64,000 nt of DNA from an uncultured Chloroflexia bacterium. GTDB taxonomy: Bacteria; Chloroflexota; Limnocylindria; Limnocylindrales; CSP1-4. The notes under the pieces are model-generated. The model did no database searches. It worked only from the letters and a program-made list of their open reading frames with translations, and was not told where the DNA came from. The position numbers were made by a program, and so were the translations under genes. Numbering within the stretch: the first letter of the stretch is position 1; the number at the start of each line of letters is the position of its first letter. Positions 59,252 through 64,000 of the stretch are shown piece by piece. The DNA is taken from contig CAVZOG010000010.1 of NCBI GenBank assembly GCA_963776865.1, positions 65,430 through 129,429 of the forward strand, given 5' to 3'.

Positions 59252-60580
59252 ATGGTACTGCCGCTCGTGGCTAGAAGTACCATTCGGGGCCGCCTTAGTG
59301 TGGACCGCGTGCAACGCGAAGGGCTGATCGGCAGGCTGCCCCGACTCGACCGCAACGGTCGGATCGTGGTCGTGGCACGGACCCTGCGCAGCTTCGCCTT
59401 CGGGCTCAACGCCGTAGCGCTGGGGTTGTTTCTGTCGGCCATCGGGTTATCCGGTGCCGAGTTCGGGCTGGTCCTGACGGCAGCGCTGGCGGGCTCGCTG
59501 GCCCTGACCGTGATCATCGCCGGCTGGGGCGATCGGATCGGGCGGCGGCGGCTGTTGATGGCCGGATCGGCACTGATGATCACCGCGGCGATCATTCCGC
59601 TGGTCAGCCGCGAGCCGCTGATGCTTGCGGTCATCGCCTTATCGGGCATGGTTGCCGTCAACGCGAACGAGTCGATCGGACTGCAGAGCGTCGACCAGGC
59701 GCTGATCCCCCAGAGCGTCCCGATCGAGCAGCGCACCTCTGCGTTCGCGTTGTACAACGTGCTCGCGTCGGTGGCGGCGGCGCTCGGCGCGTTGTCGGTC
59801 GGACTGTTGCCCCTCATCGGGGCCGCGTTCGGCCTGACCGGCGCCCAGATCTACGTGCCGGCGTTCCTGACCTACGCGCTCATCGGCCTGATCTGCGTCG
59901 TCATGCTCTCGCGACTCGACCGACAGGCCGAGACCGGCGAGCGCATCCAGCGCCGCCTGGCCATCGATCGATCACGGCCGATCGTCGCCCGCCTGTCCAT
60001 CCTGTTCGGCCTCGACTCACTCGCCAGCAGCTTCACCGTCCAGAGCTTCCTGGCCTACTTCTTCGCGACGCGCTTCGGCGCCACGCCCGCCCAGCTCGGC
60101 GCGCTCTTCTTCGCCGGCAGCCTGCTCACCGCGGCCTCTTTCCCGGTCGCGGCGTGGCTGGCGCGGCGCATCGGCCTGATCAACACGATGGTCTTCACGC
60201 ACATCCCGTCGAGCATCTTCCTGATCGGCGTCGCATTCGCGCCGACGCTCGCGATTGCCGCTGCGCTCCAGCTGGCACGTTCGGCGCTCGCGTCGATGGA
60301 CGTCCCGACGCGCCAGTCCTACGTGATGGCCGTCGTCGACCCGGCCGAGCGCACAGCGACTGCCGGCGTAACCAGCCTCGCCCGTGCCGTCGCCCAGGTG
60401 CCCGGTCCGCTGATCGCCGGCGCGTTCCTCGTGCCGCTCGGCCTGGGCGTGCCGCTCGTCGTCACGGGCGTGCTGAAGATCGTCTACGACGTGTCGCTGT
60501 TCGCGCTCTTCCGGGCACGCCCGGCACCCGAGGAGATTGCGTCAGCCAGCACGCCCGGCCGCGGGGTGCTGCCGCCGTAA
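59252..60580 (+). CDS. MFS transporter; start uncertain (59252 or 59309)
   Basis: About 12 TM segments with WGDRIGRRRLL between TM2 and TM3. Divergent from the GGDEF gene. Confidence 0.75.
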   Translation: MVLPLVARSTIRGRLSVDRVQREGLIGRLPRLDRNGRIVVVARTLRSFAFGLNAVALGLFLSAIGLSGAEFGLVLTAALAGSLALTVIIAGWGDRIGRRRLLMAGSALMITAAIIPLVSREPLMLAVIALSGMVAVNANESIGLQSVDQALIPQSVPIEQRTSAFALYNVLASVAAALGALSVGLLPLIGAAFGLTGAQIYVPAFLTYALIGLICVVMLSRLDRQAETGERIQRRLAIDRSRPIVARLSILFGLDSLASSFTVQSFLAYFFATRFGATPAQLGALFFAGSLLTAASFPVAAWLARRIGLINTMVFTHIPSSIFLIGVAFAPTLAIAAALQLARSALASMDVPTRQSYVMAVVDPAERTATAGVTSLARAVAQVPGPLIAGAFLVPLGLGVPLVVTGVLKIVYDVSLFALFRARPAPEEIASASTPGRGVLPP

Positions 60581-60600
60581 GGCGCCCGCCTTCAGTCGGA

Positions 60601-61398
60601 TCAGTCGGGCTTGCGCGCCCTGACGATCGCGCTGTGCATGCCCGCCGTCGCCTGATGGGTGGGCGTGATCGAGATGTCGATCAGACCGGCATCGCGCAGT
60701 CCCGACTCGTACTCGGCGAAGGACAGCGCGCCGGCGATGCAGCCGACGTAGGAGCCACGCTCAGCCCGCTCCTCAGCCGACAGGGCGTCATCGGCCACGA
60801 TGTCGCTGACCCCGACCCGGCCACCGGGACGGAGCACGCGCGCGATCTCGGCAAACACGCGTTCCTTGTCCGCGGCGAGATTGATGACGCAGTTGCTGAT
60901 CACCACGTCGACCGACGCGGCCGGCAGCGGCACGGCCTCGATGTAGCCCTTCAGGAACTCGACGTTGTCGACTCCGGCGTCGGCCGCGTTGCGCTGCGCG
61001 AGGGCGAGCATCTCGTCGGTCATGTCGAGGCCGAAGACTCGGCCGTTCGGGCCGACGCGGCGCGCGGACAGGAGCACGTCGATGCCGCCGCCCGAGCCGA
61101 GGTCGAGCACCCTCTCCCCCTCGCGCAGCTCCGCCACGGCCACCGGATTGCCGCAGCCGAGCGATGCCAGCACGGCCGCCTCGGGCAGCTCGGCGCGATG
61201 TGCCTCGTCGTAGAGGGCAAGATCGATCGACGCGTCGGCGGGCGTGCAGCACGAGTCGCCGCAGCACGCGGCTGCTGAAGGTTGATCGAGAACCTGGAGC
61301 GCGGCGCGAGCGTAGTGATCGCGCACCGTCTCATGGATCGGGCTGGTCATTTCGAGAACGGAGCCTCCGTGATTTTCGGACCTGTCAGCGGCTGTCAT
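60601..61398 (-). CDS. arsM: Arsenite S-adenosylmethionine methyltransferase
   Basis: [53 protein letters not shown] gives the conserved Cys set plus SAM motifs. Confidence 0.85.
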   Translation of the reverse strand: MTAADRSENHGGSVLEMTSPIHETVRDHYARAALQVLDQPSAAACCGDSCCTPADASIDLALYDEAHRAELPEAAVLASLGCGNPVAVAELREGERVLDLGSGGGIDVLLSARRVGPNGRVFGLDMTDEMLALAQRNAADAGVDNVEFLKGYIEAVPLPAASVDVVISNCVINLAADKERVFAEIARVLRPGGRVGVSDIVADDALSAEERAERGSYVGCIAGALSFAEYESGLRDAGLIDISITPTHQATAGMHSAIVRARKPD

Positions 61399-61424
61399 GG
61401 TAGCCCTGTATCGACTGTTGTCAA

Positions 61425-61442
61425 TATAGACATATCTCTATA
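61425..61442. promoter_or_regulatory. Candidate ArsR operator in the arsM-arsR divergent region
   Basis: TATAGA-CATATC-TCTATA is a perfect 6-bp inverted repeat. It overlaps the putative arsR promoter TAGACA (61427-61432), 18 nt, TAGTAT (61451-61456), which would give a near-leaderless arsR (ATG 61464). Confidence 0.55.
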
Positions 61443-61463
61443 CACGCGGCTAGTATTTGCGCG

Positions 61464-61799
61464 ATGAGCAAGGTCCGCCTCGATCCCGACACGCGCCTGC
61501 TGCAGGCAATCGCCGACCCCATCCGGCTGCGCATCGTGCGCCAGCTGGCCGACATCGGCGCTGTCTGCGCGTGCGACATCGCAGCGAGCTACCCGGTCAG
61601 CCAGCCGACCGTGTCACACCACCTGCGCGTGCTGCGCGAGGCAGGCTGGGTCGAGGGAGAGCGCCGCGGGACGTGGATCTGGTACACGCTGCGACCCGAC
61701 GCTGCGTTGCGCTTTCGAGCCCTGGCCGAGGCACTCACCCAGGATGGCGGCGGGCCACCACGGCTTCCGCGACTGAGGGTTATTCAGCCCAGCGCCTGA
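61464..61799 (+). CDS. arsR: ArsR/SmtB-family metalloregulator
   Basis: LADPIRLRIVRQL..AVCACDI..SQPTVSHHLRVLREAGWV. Divergent from arsM. Confidence 0.85.
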   Translation: MSKVRLDPDTRLLQAIADPIRLRIVRQLADIGAVCACDIAASYPVSQPTVSHHLRVLREAGWVEGERRGTWIWYTLRPDAALRFRALAEALTQDGGGPPRLPRLRVIQPSA

Positions 61800-61870
61800 G
61801 CGAGGGTTCTGCGCCTGGCCCGTGGCGCGGGCCGGCGGTTGGTGCTTTCGCGCACCACGCCGGTTCCTGG

Positions 61871-61930
61871 CCCAGCGTCAGCTGCGCTGACCCAGCGTCA
61901 GCTGCGCTGACCCGGCGTCAGCCGCCCTGA
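61871..61930. repeat. Three tandem 20-bp repeats, each a hairpin, at the convergent arsR / M1-peptidase 3' ends
   Basis: cccagcgtcagctgcgctga occurs twice perfectly (61871-61910). The third copy, cccggcgtcagccgccctga, has 3 mismatches. Internal GTCAGC-TGC-GCTGAC and inter-unit CTGAC-CCAGC-GTCAG pairings are both possible. The third unit overlaps the peptidase stop (61918-61920). Confidence 0.75.
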
Positions 61931-63287
61931 CCCGGATAGAGGCTCGGGAATCTCGTCTCGTGGCCACCGCCGGCGCCGCCGGCCTCTTCGTCGAGGATGT
62001 CGAGCAGCTTCTTCGTGCCACCGATCCGGAACGAGTACTCCTCGTAGTAGCGCCTGACCCCGTCCCAGAACGCGTGCGTTCCCGACGCGTTGCCGATAGG
62101 CCTCGAGGTAGTTGTCGCCCTGGACGTAGAGCGTCTCGTAGTAGCACGCCTTGGTATAGCCGTAGACATGCTTGTCGAGCACGTCCTGCGCGCACTGCGA
62201 GTTGCGATGGCCGATGAGGTGGCGCGTCAGAAACTCGGCCATCGCCTCGTCGGCAAACGGCTGGCTTGGCCTGATCGTTGCCGACGAAGCCGTAGAACCA
62301 CTGGTGGGCCATCTCGTGCGTGACGAGGTAGCGAACGTTGCTGGCGGGTGAGTTGCCCGGGATCCAGATGTGACCCGGCGACTCCATGGCGTAGCCGACG
62401 TGTGACTCGGCCACCGAGAGCTGGTCGTAGCGGTACGGACCTACGAGATTGGTGAACTGCTGGAGCGAGTTGATCGTGTTCGTGCGCAGCCGGTCGAGCG
62501 ACAGGTTGACGTAGTAGTAGGTGATCGAGACATCGCCCCAGGTCTCGCGACTGGGTCTGGTACTTGGGGCTGGCGGTGAAGTTGAAGTCGCGCACCCGAT
62601 TGGCGACGAAGGTCTGGGTCAGACCGTTTACGCCGGTGCGCCGGCCGGTGCTGGCGATAACGACACCCGGTCGATCGACGGTGATGCTGACCCGCACCTC
62701 GTCACTGACCTGGGTAACGAACGGCTCGCCGAACGTCGGCGTGGCGAAGTCGTATGCGCGGCTCAGCCATGGGATCCAGCGGTAGGCGGTGACGATCCCG
62801 TTCAGCTTCGCGTAGAGCCACTTCTTGCCACCGGAGGTGGTGTTGAACGTCGACCTGTAGTCGATCGTGACGGCCGTCTGCTGGCCCGGGGCGAGCGGCG
62901 CGGGCAAGGTGACGATGACGTTCTGGTCGTCCTTCACCCACGCTGCCGGATTCGGCCCGACCAGCACTCGGTTCATGACCATCGAGCCGATCTGCGCCGG
63001 CGCGAAGTTGAACACGAGCTCGCTGACCGGATCGTCCGTCGTGTTCCTGACGGTCGCGACGCTGACCACGAGCAGCTTCTTCTTGGTCCACTTGAGCGTG
63101 GCGCTGACGTCGTAGGTTGCCTCGAGCCCGAGGCTGCTCGGCGGATCGGCTGCCGCGACGGCCCGGCGAGCGAAGCCGTAGCGAAAGCGCGAGCCAACGC
63201 GATCGCGACGAATCGCGTGACCGCCCGTTGAACCTCGATTCTACCGTCATCCAGGTGATGCTCGCACGCGCCATGGCCGGTCGACAC
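61918..63287 (-). pseudogene. M1-family (aminopeptidase N-like) zinc metallopeptidase, broken by at least four single-base frame shifts as assembled
   Basis: The pieces lie in ORFs 62973..63287, 62227..63069, 61878..62414, 61898..62242 and 61918..62169. THEMAHQWFYGFVGNDQAK is followed in the next frame by PFADEAMAEFL. Removing one C at ~62262-62266 gives exact HEMAH-X18-E spacing. Other junctions are at ~63140-63200, ~62545-62570 and ~62095-62101. Confidence 0.75.
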
Positions 63288-63299
63288 CGGTACGTTGCG

Positions 63300-64000
63300 C
63301 TAGCTCGCGCCGGACCAGTGGTCCTGCAGTGTCCAACCAGACGCGGTGCAAGGCATGCGGCCGCGGGATGAGAAAGCGTGCATGGCGCAGCTCAGTCGGG
63401 CGAAGCTCAGTCGCTGGAGATGCCCGAATCCTCGGCAGCGGCGACGCGAGCGCAGCTCTTCGCCCGGATGGAAGTCCTCGCGACCCTCCTGCTCGGCTTG
63501 TGCGCGACGCTCGGCCATATCTTCGGGGTCGGACAGTGAGTGCACGACCTGATTGGCCTCGGCTGAGATCAGCAGCACCAAACCCATGACGTAGAACCAC
63601 ACCATTGCGATCACGACGCCGGCCAGCACGCCGTATGTGCTCGCATAGTCGGCGAAGTCGGAGACGTAGATCCCGAACAGGATCGATGCACCGGCCGATG
63701 CCAGCCGCGAACAGAGCCGCGCCGGGCAGTACGACGCGTACCGGGAGCTTGATGCTCGGCCCGATCCTGAACAGAAAGCCGCCGGCGACCGTCAGCAGCA
63801 CGAGGGCGACGACGGCCGACAGCACGGTAGTGGCGAGCGAGGGCTCAAGGAACGGCCGAAACGGCAGCAGGAGCACGACGGCCAGAACAGCTGCCGTGCC
63901 GGCGGCGAGAGTGATGAGGACCGCGGTCAGGTAGCGCCGCCAGTAGGGACGGCTCTCCTTCACTCCGTACGCCCGATTCAGGCCCTTCATGATGGCGTTG
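63300..64000 (-). CDS. YihY/BrkB-family membrane protein (5' end outside the window); frameshifted as assembled
   Basis: ..LPGAALFAAGIG (frame of ORF 63247..63990) continues as GASILFGIYVSDFADYASTYGVLAGVVIAMVWFYVMGLVLLISAE (ORF 63300..63629). The junction is in CCGGCC at 63691-63696. Confidence 0.7.

Noticed and set aside
61871-61930. Possible CRISPR array (also considered for 26446-26495)
   Set aside because: The units are only 20 bp and directly abutting, with no spacers. There are at most three copies and no cas genes in the window.

Overview
High-G+C bacterial chromosomal segment. Gene content points to an Actinomycetota- or Chloroflexota-like organism: three luciferase-like (F420-type) oxidoreductases, Ni-superoxide dismutase with its maturation peptidase, type III glutamine synthetase, and ResB-type cytochrome c biogenesis. 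I cannot place it more precisely from sequence alone. I support about 59 protein-coding genes and one tRNA-Pro(CGG). I found no rRNA, CRISPR array, transposase, integrase or phage module. Recognisable modules, in order:
- a zinc-ribbon/cyclase/STAND-ATPase/TPR regulator (partial)
- a glycan locus (GT-B, GT2, Wzy/O-antigen-ligase-like, GT4, nucleotide-sugar dehydrogenase)
- lysA-like decarboxylase, a homocysteine-methyltransferase/MTHFR fusion and a TPM-DUF2207 protein
- cysDN followed by a 4-Cys/LysM protein
- sodN-sodX
- a MarR regulator with a DHA2 MFS pump
- a Rieske ferredoxin, an SRPBCC protein and a Rieske oxygenase
- a PrsW protease cassette divergent from a second cyclase/STAND/TPR operon, surrounded by uncharacterised envelope proteins
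- tRNA-Pro
- hydroxy-acid oxidase with an MFS transporter, tag, glnN (GSIII), resB, a Cys/Met PLP enzyme, a GGDEF cyclase, arsM/arsR, an M1 peptidase and yihY (partial)

The most striking direct observation is that at least 18 conserved genes are broken by single-base frame shifts. Several of these sit in short homopolymers. I read this mainly as uncorrected indel error, not biology. I found no clear-cut, self-contained new system. The best candidates for uncharacterised biology are:
- the translationally coupled Pro-rich membrane protein / PrsW-SH3 / 69-aa cassette (37.0-39.6 kb) and the adjacent cyclase-STAND operon (39.7-44.5 kb)
- the 4-Cys/LysM protein downstream of cysDN
- a Cys-less ArsC/Spx-fold ORF with no canonical start codon
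- a small family of 20-bp tandem palindromic repeats at convergent gene ends

All functional calls rest on motifs I recognise by eye. No database search was run.
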